Of a DNA stretch of 64,000 nt, positions 1 through 13,254 are shown one piece after another. Position 1 is the first letter of the stretch, and every line of letters starts with the position of its first letter. Source of the stretch: Eledone cirrhosa (lineage: Eukaryota); contig OZ024758.1 in NCBI GenBank assembly GCA_964016885.1, positions 26,970,001 through 27,034,000 on the forward strand, given 5' to 3'. Made by a program: the position numbers and the translations under genes. The notes below the pieces were generated by a model, which saw only the letters and a program-made list of their open reading frames with translations, was not told the origin of the DNA and searched no databases.

Positions 1-72
<72 letters not shown>

Positions 73-76
<4 letters not shown>

Positions 77-359
77 GTATGGGTTTACCGAACATTTATT
101 ATAATGTTCGGTTTGTTTGTAAACAAACAGCCCGAATTAAGCCGTACAGTGTCCGGCAACCATACTTTCAAACGTTCAATCATCTGACAGGAAGGTATAC
201 GATGCTGACGATATCAAATAAGCTTGAAACTAGTTCATCGTTCCTTTGTCAGTGTTGAACAAAAGGGCAACGATGGTTGCCGAGCACTGTACGGCTTCAT
301 TCGGGCTGTTTGTTTACAAACAAACCGAACATTATAATAAATGTTCGGTAAACCCATAC

Positions 360-400
<41 letters not shown>

Positions 401-466
401 CATGTATGTATATATATACATACTACTGTACGTCTGTATACATATATGTATGTACGTATACATACT

Positions 467-470
<4 letters not shown>
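73..470 (+). mobile_element. Family A HHR element, 5'-truncated with inverted arm (arms about 73-163 / 273-363), in (TA)n
   Basis: Arms are reverse complements; same sequence family as 31071-32070 and the 60.1-61.8 kb array. Confidence 0.8.
199..241 (+). ncRNA. Type I hammerhead ribozyme motif (family A)
   Basis: acgatg-CTGACGA-stem II (damaged)-GAAA-ctag-TT-catcgt; stem I pairs fully. Confidence 0.7.
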
Positions 471-514
<44 letters not shown>

Positions 515-517
<3 letters not shown>

Positions 518-600
518 GGTGTCTCACAAAATGTATACGCACTTCAACAGCATTCTAATAAATATTGTGTTAATACGGCACCCTACGACTCTATCAGAAG
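515..600 (+). mobile_element. Single Tc1/mariner-like terminus
   Basis: TA+CAGGGTGTCTCACAAAATGTATAC resembles Tc1/mariner TIRs; no partner TIR seen. Confidence 0.35.
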
Positions 601-609
601 TTATGGGAC

Positions 610-653
<44 letters not shown>

Positions 654-655
<2 letters not shown>

Positions 656-832
656 GGAAAAGGTTCAGGACTCCAACGGCAGAGCTCAAGCCGTTTCCAG
701 AAATAGCCGTCGAAACGGCTTGACCCCCGTCGGGATCCTGAACCTTTTCCTATTACCCACTCTACTACCCTAAGTATTGAGTACTCTGGTGCGTTATGGT
801 CCACCTGGTTCCTTACCACACTTCCTTCGTTT
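654..832 (+). mobile_element. Family B fold-back element (3' half of an HHR); other copies at 1491-1654, 9543-9608, 9704-9896, 17148-17364, 28890-28945, 43365-43562, 55263-55320
   Basis: Repeated gccgtcGAAAcggcttgagctcagc(t/c)GTCggggtc...gtattgagtac...ccttcgtt, mostly flanked by (TA)n. Confidence 0.75.
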
Positions 833-844
833 TATATATATATG

Positions 845-1491
<647 letters not shown>

Positions 1492-1665
1492 CGAAGGAAA
1501 TGTGGTAAGGAACCAGGTGGACCATAACGCACCAAAGTACTCAATACTTAGGGTAGTAGAGTGGGTAATAGGAGCTCAAGCCGTTTCGACGGCTAATTCT
1601 CAGAATTAGCCGTCGAAACGGCTTGAGCTCAGCCGTCGGGGTCTTACTGGTTCCTATATATATAT

Positions 1666-1751
<86 letters not shown>

Positions 1752-2134
1752 CAGCAGTGACATAAACAGGTACTTAAGTATCGTTGGGTTCTGGGCCCCA
1801 ACTCATTCAGACTGTTATAAGAAAAAGAGAAATAAAGATGGCCGCCTAAGGTTGATTGTGTTTCGTTTTAGGAATCATTGATCTTAAGTTTCAGTTCCCT
1901 CGTCATATTTCACCTTGCTTTCACCTTCCGCTATTAACAAAATTGTATTTTTTATTTTTATCGCTATATCTTGACATTCTGATATAAGTTATGATCGGAA
2001 TTTACAGATATTTAGTGTTGCCGAATTTCCATGGGTTTGGAAAATGGACGAATGCATTTTAGGTCTTTGAACTGTGTTTAGAATGTTCTATTAATACTCT
2101 AGCATGGCTGCAGTGTAATGGCACTGAAACTAGT

Positions 2135-3120
2135 AAAATTATTGTTTCTAACAAGGCCACCAATTTCAGAGGAAAGGGAGGAATTCGATTAAATCAACCC
2201 AGTATTTGGTATTTTATTTTATCTAGCCCTGAAATATGAAGAGTTAGCCACGGCAGGATTTGAACTCAGAAAGTTATGTGTCGTAGCTAAATGCTGCAAA
2301 GCATTTTGTCCGACGCTCTGTTGATACTGCTCTCTCTCTCTTTGACCAATAAAATAGTAGTAGTAGTAGTAGTAGTAGCAGCAGCAGTAGTAGTAGTAGT
2401 AGTAGTAGTAGCAGGAGCAGCAGCAGTAGTAATTGTAGTAGTAGTAGTAGCAGCAGCAGTAGTAGTAGTAGTAGTAGTAGTCAGAGGAGGAAGGGAAGAT
2501 AGGTGTAGTGGGAAATGAATTCGGTGTAAACAAGTGAAAACTCGAATTTAAAGGGCAAAAAGAGAAACCATATTTTTTTCGAAGGCATTATATAATTGCG
2601 TTGATGGTCATGGTGATGTTGTTTACAATGATTGTGGGGGCTTTAATGGCTTAAGGCTATTGACATTTCTTAATCTTGGCACAGGGCCAGTAATTTGGGG
2701 GCAGACAGGGGTTAAATCGATTAAATCGACCATAGTATCTGACTGGTACTTTATTTTATCGACCCCGGAAGCATTGAAATGTAAAGTTGACCTGGCTGGA
2801 ATTTGAACTCATCAAGCCAGTAAAATAATTATTTCTAACATTTGCACAAGGTTAGTAATTTAGGGGATGGAAAAGTAGGGAGTCGATTAAATTGATCCCA
2901 GTACATTACTGGTACTTTATTTTATCGACCTCGTAGGCAAAGCTAACCTCGGTGGGATTTGAACTCAGAACGTAAAGGACCATAACTCTATGCCACAAAG
3001 CATGTTATCCAACCCTCTACCGGTACTGCCAATAAAAGAATCTACTTTGGTTTTCATTCAACCATGGTCGATAAAATAAGTTCCAGTACCACACTGCTGT
3101 CACGATATCGACTGTATCCG
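2135..3120 (-). mobile_element. Cluster of decayed tRNA-derived SINE copies (mostly on -), including a (GTA/GCA)n microsatellite at about 2355-2480
   Basis: Matches the SINE at 25343-25530 (GAGTTCAAATCC B box; GTCGATAAAATAAAGTACCAG core). Confidence 0.7.
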
Positions 3121-3960
3121 TTTCCTTTGAAAAATAAAAAAAAAGTCTAGAGTGTCGTAAAAATAAATGATATTTAGTAGTAACAATTCTTAGTATCAGA
3201 GATCGCTGTACGTGATTGCAACTTGGCTAAATTCGTCTTCTTTGTAATCTTCAACATTTCTGATAACGCTCTCGTTTGCTGCCACAGCATGGCCTTATTA
3301 TCAGTACAGTTTGCCAAATCAGGCCATTACAGTAAATTTACGTTTGTTATTTTACCCAGCATGCCGGTGGAAATAGTACATTTATTTCCTTTCAATTTAT
3401 CTAGGCCTTAAGAAATACATATATATTAAAGAGAGCGTAGGTTAGCTTTTAACGCAATCAAGATGGAACACTTACAATTTCACAGAATCAAAAACATAGT
3501 AAGGGTGATTAGAATTTGTTTCAGTATCAGCATGATACTGGCGGTTGATTTATTGGCTTTCAGAAAATAACTCTTCACCATTTTTTGTTGGTTTGTTTGT
3601 TTTAGATATTTGTCCTTCCTCCCTTCTCATTCCTCCGCCTGCTCTTACAACACACACACACACACACACTCACACTCACATACGATCGAATGTGTGTGGT
3701 TTAGAATAGGTATACCGCATCCATCCCTGCGTGTCGTAAGAAGCGGCTAAGAGGGTTAGTGTCAGCAAGGGCATCTGGCTGTAAAACATTGCTTCAAAAG
3801 GTCCCCGTCAAAACCAGGCCAGCTTAGTAAAGGTCATCGTAAAGCCGATGTTGATGATGATGTATAGTTGTGGGTACAAACGGAAAAAGAAAGAGTAATC
3901 AACACATAATGTGGAAGTTGAGTATTTATATTTAGTTTCACTTAATTCTGCACTACCACT

Positions 3961-4029
<69 letters not shown>

Positions 4030-4035
4030 AACAAA

Positions 4036-4078
<43 letters not shown>

Positions 4079-4109
4079 ACACACACACACACACATATAT
4101 ATATGGTTT

Positions 4110-4287
4110 TATAAAAATGGTTTCTACAGGACTAGAACTGTTTCATTCGGAGGAAATCATCAGGACTTTCCTGATGATTTCCTCCGAATGAAACAGTTCT
4201 AGTCCTGTAGAAACCATTTTTATATTAAATATTTATACACTGCTATGTATTGAGTACCTTACTTACTGTGGTTACCCCCGATTGAAC
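4110..4287 (+). mobile_element. Fold-back HHR element (arms 4110-4165 / 4169-4224); core CTGATGA 4171-4177, GAAA 4190-4193
   Basis: Near-perfect hairpin whose apex lies just 5' of the HHR core; tail contains GTATTGAGTAC. Confidence 0.7.
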
Positions 4288-4305
4288 ACACACACACACA
4301 TGTAC

Positions 4306-4378
<73 letters not shown>

Positions 4379-4450
4379 TGATGGTAGCTAAGATGCTTCC
4401 ATAGGCGGCATGCCGGTTGAGCACTCTATGCTCTTACAGAGCAGAGTGTG

Positions 4451-4605
4451 ATATAATATAAAACGAAAAATGATTGCAAGTGTCCGTCGAACCTGCGGGT
4501 CCAGCATCAGACAGATCCACACAATGATCGCGTCTCGAGCTGTCTGTCGGCGAAACAATTGTAACACAATAAATTGAGTTCAGATACATCACTCATTTTT
4601 CGTTT

Positions 4606-4615
<10 letters not shown>
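4451..4615 (+). mobile_element. Truncated HHR element with 23-bp inverted ends
   Basis: Stem II-like cagacag/ctgtctg, then GAAA-caattg-TA and AATAAA; CUGANGA not seen. Confidence 0.5.
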
Positions 4616-4676
<61 letters not shown>

Positions 4677-4683
<7 letters not shown>

Positions 4684-5123
4684 GTTAGAATATGTGTAAT
4701 AAGGCCAAGACAATGCAGATATGGACATAGAAAAAAGAATGCAATAGTGAGAGATATTGATGAGAATTCGTCTTTCACCTTGAATTTATTTAAATGTCCT
4801 TAATTTTCGAGATAATATCTCTTCTTCGGAGGGAAGTAAAAGTCTCAGACCAGCGTCTTAAATTTCCAATGAAGCCATGCATGGCTTCATTGGAAATTTA
4901 AGACGCTGGTCTGAGACTTTTACTTCCCTCCGAAGAAGAGATATTATCTCGAAAATTAAGGACATTTAAATAAATTCAAGGTGAAAGACGAATTCTCATC
5001 AATATCTCTCACTATTGCATTCTTTTTTCTATGTCCATATCTGCATTGTCTTGGCCTTATTACACATATTCTAACGTTTATACCTCATTACACAATGCTT
5101 CAAGTGAACTATAACCTCCTCCC
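4677..5123 (+). mobile_element. Perfect spacerless palindrome (about 203-bp arms, centre 4879/4880) carrying an HHR variant (CCGAAGA 4930-4936, GAAA 4951-4954)
   Basis: Arms are reverse complements; cct-CCGAAGA-a gagat att atctc-GAAA-at-TA-agg; AATAAA 4969; short unique tail. Confidence 0.75.
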
Positions 5124-5298
5124 ATATATATATATATATATATATATTAGAAAGTGATGTTTTTTTTACAAAATGAAAAATAACCGAGGTGTCCTACACG
5201 AGTGAAAGTATAAAGAAAAAAAGATGAAATCGAAAATGCAACTGGAGTCTTATTTAAAAAAATATATATATATATTTATTTGGTTTCGCATAATATAG

Positions 5299-5380
<82 letters not shown>

Positions 5381-5489
5381 CAGTAATATATATATATTTA
5401 CCGGTTTCGCAGTTCTTCTGCTTTTCAAAAGTAGAGTTGAGATGGAGGGTCTGTGGTTTTTCTCACACATATATATATATATATATATA

Positions 5490-5779
5490 ACCAAAGATTA
5501 GTATGGTTCGTTGATTACTCAACGAATACAGTTTTACAATAGATTAGAAGCACTCAATAGTAAAGTTTTCCTGGAGTTTTTAATATTATTCGAAATGTTA
5601 ACAAATGACAAATATTCGCATAATTAAAATATATACTTTATTATATATATTTCAAAGGTACTGTGCTGTTTTTTTCAGTATGTCCTCATCAGACAAATAT
5701 ATGATTTGATATATGACATACCGCTACGGTCTTGATTATTCAATTCCCTGCCAATACGGGAATTGAATAATCAAGACCG

Positions 5780-5782
<3 letters not shown>
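5490..5782 (-). mobile_element. HHR element (core about 5638-5697 on -) with a hairpin at 5726-5780; a fragment recurs at 49340-49430
   Basis: Minus strand reads CTGATGA-ggacatactg...cagtaccttt-GAAA-tatata-TA-ataaa. Confidence 0.65.
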
Positions 5783-5837
<55 letters not shown>

Positions 5838-5961
5838 GGAGGTGAGTTTTATTGTAGTACAATAAAGCAATGCAGATATCGGATAAGAAGCACTCTACAT
5901 ATGTTGATTTAAAACTGCACTATCAACAAGTGTTTTTTAGCCTTCATATCATGTTCTCCTG

Positions 5962-6025
5962 TTTTATCTGATGAAAACACAAATATTATTGCTTGATGTT
6001 TGTTTTTGAAATGCGCATAATAAAA
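5962..6025 (+). ncRNA. Type I hammerhead ribozyme motif (same family as 35359-35429)
   Basis: ttttat-CTGATGA-aaacacaaatat...atgtttgtttt t-GAAA-tgcgca-TA-ataaaa. Confidence 0.8.
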
Positions 6026-6057
6026 TATATGGAACTCCTTTAACCATCTTTTGATCT

Positions 6058-6092
<35 letters not shown>

Positions 6093-6098
<6 letters not shown>

Positions 6099-6790
6099 AC
6101 GTTAAGTTTAACGTTCGGGAAAGTGAAAGTAAATTTTCTGACAAGTGAATTTGTTTGTTGTTTTTTTTTACAGTGAAAGTTACGATACACACGCAATTGT
6201 ATGGATTTCTTAAAATATATATATGTGTGGGTGTGTATATGTTTGTATATATGTGTGTACACTGTGAATTTGTTTGTTTATTTACAACAGGTCTCTATAG
6301 TGATATGGTGTTAATTAGTATTGCGTGTGTGATTATTTTTTCTTTTTCTTTTTTGTGTATTGTGTACGGAAACATTTTGTTTAAATAATGACATTGTGTG
6401 TTTTTAAATAGCAAGATATTACAAAAACATCTAAACGATGATGATGACACAAACACATATATATATACAAACACACACATATATATACATACAGACACAT
6501 ATATATATTCACAGATATACATACCCACACATATATATATAAGAAAAAATAATCACACACGCAATACTAATTAACACCATATCACTATAGAGACCTGTTG
6601 TAAATAAACAAACAAATTCACAGTGTTCACACATATATACAAACATATACACACCCACACATATATATATTTTAAGAAATCCATACAATTGCGTGTGTAT
6701 CGTAACTTTTATTGTAAAAAAAACAACAAACAAATTCACTTGTCAGAAAATTTACTTTCACTTTCCCGAACGTTAAACTTAACGTATGCC
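6093..6790. repeat. Inverted repeat (arms about 6093-6343 / 6540-6790) flanked by (TA)n
   Basis: About 250-bp reverse-complementary arms; no HHR core recognised. Confidence 0.8.
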
Positions 6791-6829
6791 ATATATATAT
6801 ATATATTATATATATATATATATAAATTC

Positions 6830-7330
6830 ATTGCCTTAACTTGTGAATAGACGTCTATTTCGTGTAGGATAGTTTCAGCTGCATCTTGTATACTAATTAC
6901 CGTATTTAGCTCGTTTGTGTCACTGAAGTGCCAACAGTTATTCCAGTCTCTACACGTATCATTTCTGCTTCGAGAACATCTTCACTTGTTTTACGTCCAT
7001 CTTGTGATCGACAGAACAGTAACTCCTCCTGTTCTTTGAGTTCATTACCAATATCAGACAAATGCCAGTAGCTGAACTACATTTCTACTGTCTGTTGATT
7101 CCTACAACTAAATCGTAATTTTTGTTACTTTATTTAATCATTTCAATAAGTTGCACAAATTGATTATTGTTAATTTCTGTAATATAATTTTTACAGTATA
7201 ATTCTTTCCGCAATAATCTATTTGCCGCTAGCAACAAAAGTTCCAACCATGTGTGAATTCGTAGCTTCTGGCTATTAAGTAAGAGACATCATATGATGTT
7301 CTTAAATAATTGTTTTATGGGCTAGGTGGA
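6830..7330 (-). pseudogene. Decayed hAT (Buster/ZBED5-like) transposase remnant
   Basis: Minus-strand pieces SYDVSYLIARS, ESTDSRNVVQLLAFV, EELLFC...KTSEDV and DWNNC resemble Buster motifs; many stops and frameshifts. Confidence 0.55.
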
Positions 7331-7789
7331 AGACTAGTGTATGTTTCAAATAATTGTTTTGTAATGTAGAAAATTTCAGTAATCCTAAAGAAAATAAGAA
7401 AAGAAAACGGCAAAGATTTGTCTGCACAGGAAACATGTCTAATACGACGATGTATTATCACGCTCTTTTCTAAAATTTCATAAAGTTTATTCAAATATTA
7501 AACATATATAAGAAAATAAAAACAGTACTCAATACACAAAGTAGAGCTACATTGGATATTCAAGTGTTCTTTTGTGGTTATGAAAACGGAAAAGGAAGGG
7601 AAAGGCAAGGGCTTTAGCGTCGCTGGAGAATGGGGAGGGAAAGACTGATGGACTCTGGGTCTAGGGCGCGGTGGTATTGAGGCTGTGACCCGTAGAGAAG
7701 ACCACAAAAGCACTCCTGCGGACAATGGCCAGCGACACCCGCTGTAACAGCTTTGCGGGTCTCTAAAATATTCTTAAATAAATGACGTT

Positions 7790-8330
7790 CATTTTTCTGG
7801 CTTTATTAATTCTGTCACTAATTGCATGAAACAAATTAAAATCTTCGTATTTAAACTTATATAATTTGGAAGATTAAAAACTATCTTTTTATCCATAACA
7901 GGAATCGTAACTGATAACCAGAAATAATTAGTGTTTAAATATCCGTATAATCTTTTCTCTAAACTCAAACCTGTCAACTCACCCCGTCCGACGGGGAGAT
8001 CTCCCGCCCACTTTAGAGTGGGTGAGAGATGTCTTCTCTTATGAAAATGGGTATAGCTCTCATTATGTAAAATCTCTCCGTTTTGGGGTCCTTTTGTTAG
8101 GGTACCCCCCTCCATTTGGTTTTTAGAGGTTGGCTGGTCTGTAAACTAAACAAGACTGTATGAGTGGTGGTGGTTGGGTGGAGGGGCTTAACATACTGAT
8201 TAGCCATGATAGCTTCTATAGGGGGTTTAGTTATAGGTCCATTCTGATTGATCAGATCTATGATGACATTCCGACCCATGCCACTCTATTTCTCACCCTC
8301 ATCAAGTGTGTCTGCAAATAAATTCGGTGG
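7790..8330 (-). pseudogene. Interrupted coding-like remnant, possibly a retroelement ORF1 (RRM-like)
   Basis: Joined frames give RAIPIFIREDI...GELTGLSLEKRLYG...LPNYISL; the resemblance is only impressionistic. Confidence 0.25.
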
Positions 8331-8924
8331 TGAATTTCTAGCGCGTCAAGCAAACACCGAAACCAGGCTCTGAAAGTGGTTGCTACCACCCCCCGGGAGG
8401 CGTTGAGAAGGTTAAGGAGGAACTGGGGCCCAAGGAGGCAGTAGATATGTTATAATACTATATTAAATATCAAATGATACATATATATAAATATAGTAAA
8501 ATAAAAAAATATATATTTATTTATACATAGTATATATTATATTAGTTATATATAAATTAACGATTTTATTTACAATTTGCGTGTAGATAGGTCTCTCTGA
8601 GTGGGGCGCTGAGGGTATTACGTAGTCGTGAGGGGTGGGGGGGAAAAAGTTTGAGAATCTCTGATTTAAACAAAACCCCCAAAAATTGAGTAAAAGACAT
8701 TGAGATACGTTTATATTCTGATTTTCTTTCGATGTGGGTCAGTTTTAGAAAGAGATTCATATTTATGTTATGGGAAATTACAGAAAAATCATTTCCTAAA
8801 TAGTATTATGTAATTTTTCTCTTTATAAAATATCAAAGGAGAAAATTCTCAGGGTAATATATATTTATTCAGGGTACTCATTGTGCCTTAAAAGCATCAT
8901 TTGTTTATATATATATATATTTAT

Positions 8925-9534
8925 ATGGTGGCTGCCAACTCGTTTTCGAGTACGGCCACTACTTTATATCCATGTAGGAGAACCCCTACCGATGCGCTGA
9001 ACGAGTGTGACTTTTTAGTCCAGCCAGCGACTTGAAAACTCTGGTACAAACACTACACTTGTGACAATTACTGACACATAGTGCTGGGCCCATGGTACCA
9101 TGTGACGACAAGTGCAGAGAGATCTCCAGATATAAAGCAATGCCTGTGCCGTGAAGCTTTTATAGTGAGCAAAGGCACTGCACAAAGCCAGTCCCACTCT
9201 CTTAACCAAGATGATATTTACCAAAAAGAAGAACAAGTCAACATCATTGGATACCATCAGGGTTGCAGGTGTTATATCAGAGTTTTCCTTCTCCTAGAAT
9301 TCTGCCTTGACAAAGGCTAAGGGGTCATCTCTCCCGGTGATTTTGGATGGCCATTGACTCTTAAGAGCTCCTTTGCCCTTTGACAGGTTTTGTTTTTAGT
9401 CCTGCAGGATGTCCAAAGTCACTCTCCTCACCAAGAAACCTTGGTGGGGTTGCCAGTTTAGTCGCCAACGACCCGACCATGGGACAGGTTGTACTGGGAT
9501 ACATGTTACCAGTAGCACCAACTGGTGACCTGAC
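8925..9534 (-). mobile_element. Family C, about 610-bp non-autonomous retroelement, probably RTE-related; copies at 43820-44429 (-), 62581-63027 (+) and 63949-64000 (+); diverged relatives at 21899-22225 and 23095-23262
   Basis: Highly similar dispersed copies; GAAGGAAAACTCTGA motif typical of RTE 5' regions; ends abut (TA)n or (TACA)n. Confidence 0.7.
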
Positions 9535-9605
9535 ATATATATATAATTCAGTCCAGAATTAGCCGTCGAAACGGCTTGAGCTCAGCTGTCGGGGTCTTAC
9601 TGGTT

Positions 9606-9707
<102 letters not shown>

Positions 9708-10146
9708 AACCAGTAAGACCCCGACAGCTGAGCTCAAGCCGTTTCGACGGCTAATTCTGGACTGAATTAGCCGTCGAAACGGCTTGAGCTCAGCTGTCGG
9801 GGTCTTACTGGTTCCTATTACCCACTCTACTACCTCAAGTATTGAGTACTTTGGTGCGTTATGGTCCACCTGGTTCCTTACCACATTTCCTTCGTTATAT
9901 ATATATATATATATAATTGGTATAATTTCACCCAAATTGTAGGAATCCTATAATGAAACGAGACGTCCGTCTGGAAAGAGATATATTCGATATGTCTCAT
10001 ATGAAATAATACAGCCAATTTTCCACGCAATACTTTTAGTTAGCACCCCGAACGCATAATTGGGAATATAATCACTTATTTCCTAATGTTTGTTGAGTGA
10101 GTTGGAATTTGGCCGGAGTATCGCTAAAAAGCTTTCTCCGATATTG

Positions 10147-10199
<53 letters not shown>

Positions 10200-10319
10200 G
10201 TAGAACACTGGAAGGTAATATCCGTAGTGGTAGAGCACTCAGTCCATGGGACGAGTTTGTTCATCATACCAAGAACAATTGTTTCACCTTAGCGGATCCT
10301 CAGCTCGTACGAGCTCTTA

Positions 10320-10357
10320 CGAGCTGAGGATCCACGAGGGTGAAACAATTGTTCTCG
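10320..10357 (+). ncRNA. Minimal HHR motif in a fold-back (arms about 10257-10309 / 10318-10370)
   Basis: cgag-CTGAGGA-tccacgagggt-GAAA-caattg-TT-ctcg. Confidence 0.7.
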
Positions 10358-10549
10358 GTATGGTGAACTAACCATACCGAAAACTTTCTGCCGCGAGAAA
10401 TTTCACCTGTATTTAGATTTGAACCTACCCGCTGATGAAAATCCCTAAAAACCTACATTAAACTATATTAAAAAGAACAATGTAACTTTATGTCAGTTGT
10501 TTCAATAACCAATAAATAAATTACATTAATTAAAAAAGTAGATATGATA

Positions 10550-10770
10550 TTGTTTTCTGATTTAGGCAAAAGGCCAGCAATTTATGGGGAGGGGGGGAAG
10601 TCGATTAAATCGACCCTATTGCGTTACTGGTACTTTATTTTATCGACCCCGTAAGGATGAAAGGCAAAGTTAACCTCGGCGGGATTTGAACTCAGGACTT
10701 AAAGGGCCGTAACTATATGCCGCAAAGCATGTTATTTGGCGCTCTAACGACTCTGACAATCCACCGTCTT
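10550..10770 (-). mobile_element. Full-length tRNA-derived SINE
   Basis: A and B boxes plus the conserved core, same family as 25343-25530. Confidence 0.8.
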
Positions 10771-11725
10771 TATATCATAAATTAATAAAGTCTTATACGA
10801 TTTTATATAAGATTTCTTGGTGTAATCACGTTTATGAGTTCTTGGTATAATCACAATTATGAGTTTTCTAAAATTAAAGATTCAATATTTTTCTAAGTAC
10901 AGATGTAACCTTCACAGGTTGTTAAACCTCCGAAGTTCATCCCCATTGCTAAAAAGGTTCTTCATCCGCGACGTTGTGGTTCTTTCATTCACCCAAGTAT
11001 AATTTCAGTGTTGGGATCTGTAAATAATATCCCTGGGGATAGCTTAAGGTTCAAATTATTAATTTATAGGAATTAGGATAAATTCTGGAAACCAAAGAAA
11101 CTGGTAATAGTCCACGTCGGCAAGAATCAGCTAAAAGGAGAATTCGATAAGTTTATATGCCGTGAAGAATGTAGTAAGAATCTAATATTTTGAGCATTGA
11201 CATTTGTCAGGGAGTGACGAAATGAGGAGAGGAGGGGGAAAATAAAACAGAAAATAGAGGCTTTGTCGTTTGGGTTGGAAGCAAGTTAATGAATTTTAGT
11301 TACATTTCATCTTTATTTTATTTTGTTTTCTGAGTAAACTCATGTAATCATTTATGTTATCAATTGTACGTATGTCTACTAAACATGAGAACAGGGTAGG
11401 TGGCGGCACTAGTGGTAGTGGAAGGGGGGATTTAAAAAAGAAAATGTATATATATAACAAAATAGTTGACGAGAACAAGGAACGAAAGTTGATACAGTAA
11501 AAGGGGTAGAGTGAGGGTGAAAATATGAAAGAAGTGGTTGGGCTGCGACTTCACAAAAAACAAATAGAAAAGTAAAACATGACTGACATAAAGAAGCTGT
11601 TTTTAAGAATGGCGATGAAAATGCTTGGTTTTCATTTAAAAATATACTTCCGCTTTCTTAGCTTGCTTTGATTCTCTCGCTACACTCACTCTCTATATTC
11701 TTATTTTCCTGTTAGCTTGTGTATA

Positions 11726-11875
11726 CAGTGAAATTCCGTTATAACGAAATTCACGGGGTATAAACAAAATTCGAGATCGACCTAACACATCGAGCGTGTG
11801 GCTGGGAATTGAAAAAAAAGTCATTATACTGAAAAATTCGTTATAATGGTATTCGTTATAACGGAATTTTACCTG
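11726..11875. mobile_element. pogo/Tigger-type MITE
   Basis: TIRs CAGTGAAATTCCGTTATAACGAA / TTCGTTATAACGGAATTTTACCTG with TA on both sides. Confidence 0.75.
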
Positions 11876-11904
11876 TATATAAATTTATATTTGTTTTATA
11901 TATG

Positions 11905-12260
11905 TGTGTTGTTGCTGTTGTTGTTGTTGTTGGACCTCCGTCAATTTCGACGACGTGTGTCTCAGTTGTCCGAACAATGGATCAGGCCTGCTAGTGAAAC
12001 TTACGTGCGAGTAGCTGAACATTTCACAGACACGTGTACACTTAACATAGTTTTGTTCTCAGGGAGATTCAGCGTGACACAATGTGCGACAAGATTGGCC
12101 TCTTCAATTACAGGCACAACTAATTTTTACCAGCTGCGTGTAGAGGAGCAACATGAAGTAAAGTATCTTGTTCAAGGACATAATGTGTTGCAGAGAATCG
12201 AACTCACGAAGTTAGTATCGTGAGCCAGGTGTCCTAATCACTAAGTCACACGCTTTCACA
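11905..12260 (-). mobile_element. tRNA-derived SINE (second family) with (CAA)n tail
   Basis: Minus strand has tRNA-like head (GAGTTCGATTC), CORE-like GTCCTTGAACAAGATACTT and a CAA tail. Confidence 0.7.
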
Positions 12261-12325
12261 TAATCCTTTATAATACATCACATACACCCGAACGACTCCC
12301 CTAATCCCTCTGCTTTCGTTCAACA

Positions 12326-13068
12326 AATAATTGTTTCTACTTTTGGCACAAGGCCAGCAATTATCCCAGTGTATTACTGGTACTTTATTTGATCGACCCC
12401 GTAAGGATGAAAGGCAAAGTTAACCTCGGCGGGATTTGAACTCAGACCATCAACAAATAATGGTTTCTGATTTAGGCACAAGGCCAGCAATTATCCCAGT
12501 GTATTACTGGTACTTTATTTGATCGACCCCGTAAGGATGAAAGGCAAAGTTAACCTCGGCGGCATTTGAACTCAGACCATCAACAAATAATGGTTTCTGA
12601 TTTAGGCACAAGGCCAGCAATTATCCCAGTGTATTACTGGTACTTTATTTGATCGACCCCGTAAGGATGAAAGGCAAAGTTAACCTCGGCGGCATTTGAA
12701 CTCAGACCATCAACAAATAATGGTTTCTGATTTAGGCACAAGGCCAGCAATTATCCCAGTGTATTACTGGTACTTTATTTGATCGACCCCGTAAGGATGA
12801 AAGGCAAAGTTAACCTCGGCGGCATTTGAACTCAGACCATCAACAAATAATGGTTTCTGATGTAGGCACAAGGCCACAATTTGGGGAGAGGGGAAAGTCT
12901 ATTAAATCGACCCCAGTGCTTCACTGGTACTTTATTTTATCGACCCTGTAAGGATGGAAGGCAAAGCTAACCTCGGTGGGATTTGAACTCAGAACGTAGA
13001 GGGTTGTTACTATATGCCGCAAAACATGTTGTCCGGCGCTCTACCGGTTCTGCCAATCCATCGCCCTC
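12326..13068 (-). repeat. Four 130-bp tandem SINE 3'-half units plus one full-length SINE
   Basis: ttatcccagt recurs at 12361, 12491, 12621 and 12751. Confidence 0.9.
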
Positions 13069-13254
13069 CAAATAATATCCCACCATCCTGTTATTTTCTG
13101 TTAAACTAGATCAAGATTTTTTATTATTCAGTAATGAGGCAAACATGCTTGCTAACCTAGAAATTCGGTTACTCTAGAAATAGCAGCCGAATCTCCCTTA
13201 AACCAATTCCAACCTTTTAAAACATACAAAAGAAAGGATACGTTAGTTTACATG

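Noticed and set aside
8282-8310. HHR-like TTGATGA...GAAA on -
   Set aside because: No stem II and a core mismatch; probably chance
9380-9534. HDV-like ribozyme at the family C 5' end
   Set aside because: Expected for RTE-type elements, but I could not assign the nested pseudoknot by eye
9965-10020. Degenerate HHR-like motifs (also about 5400-5435, 17450-17495, 24028-24060, 26860-26910, 41468, 43005-43075)
   Set aside because: Core missing or with several mismatches; plausible decayed members but not supportable individually
12326-12900. CRISPR-like regular repeats (also 34777-35011)
   Set aside because: No unique spacers, eukaryotic context, no cas genes; plain tandem repeats
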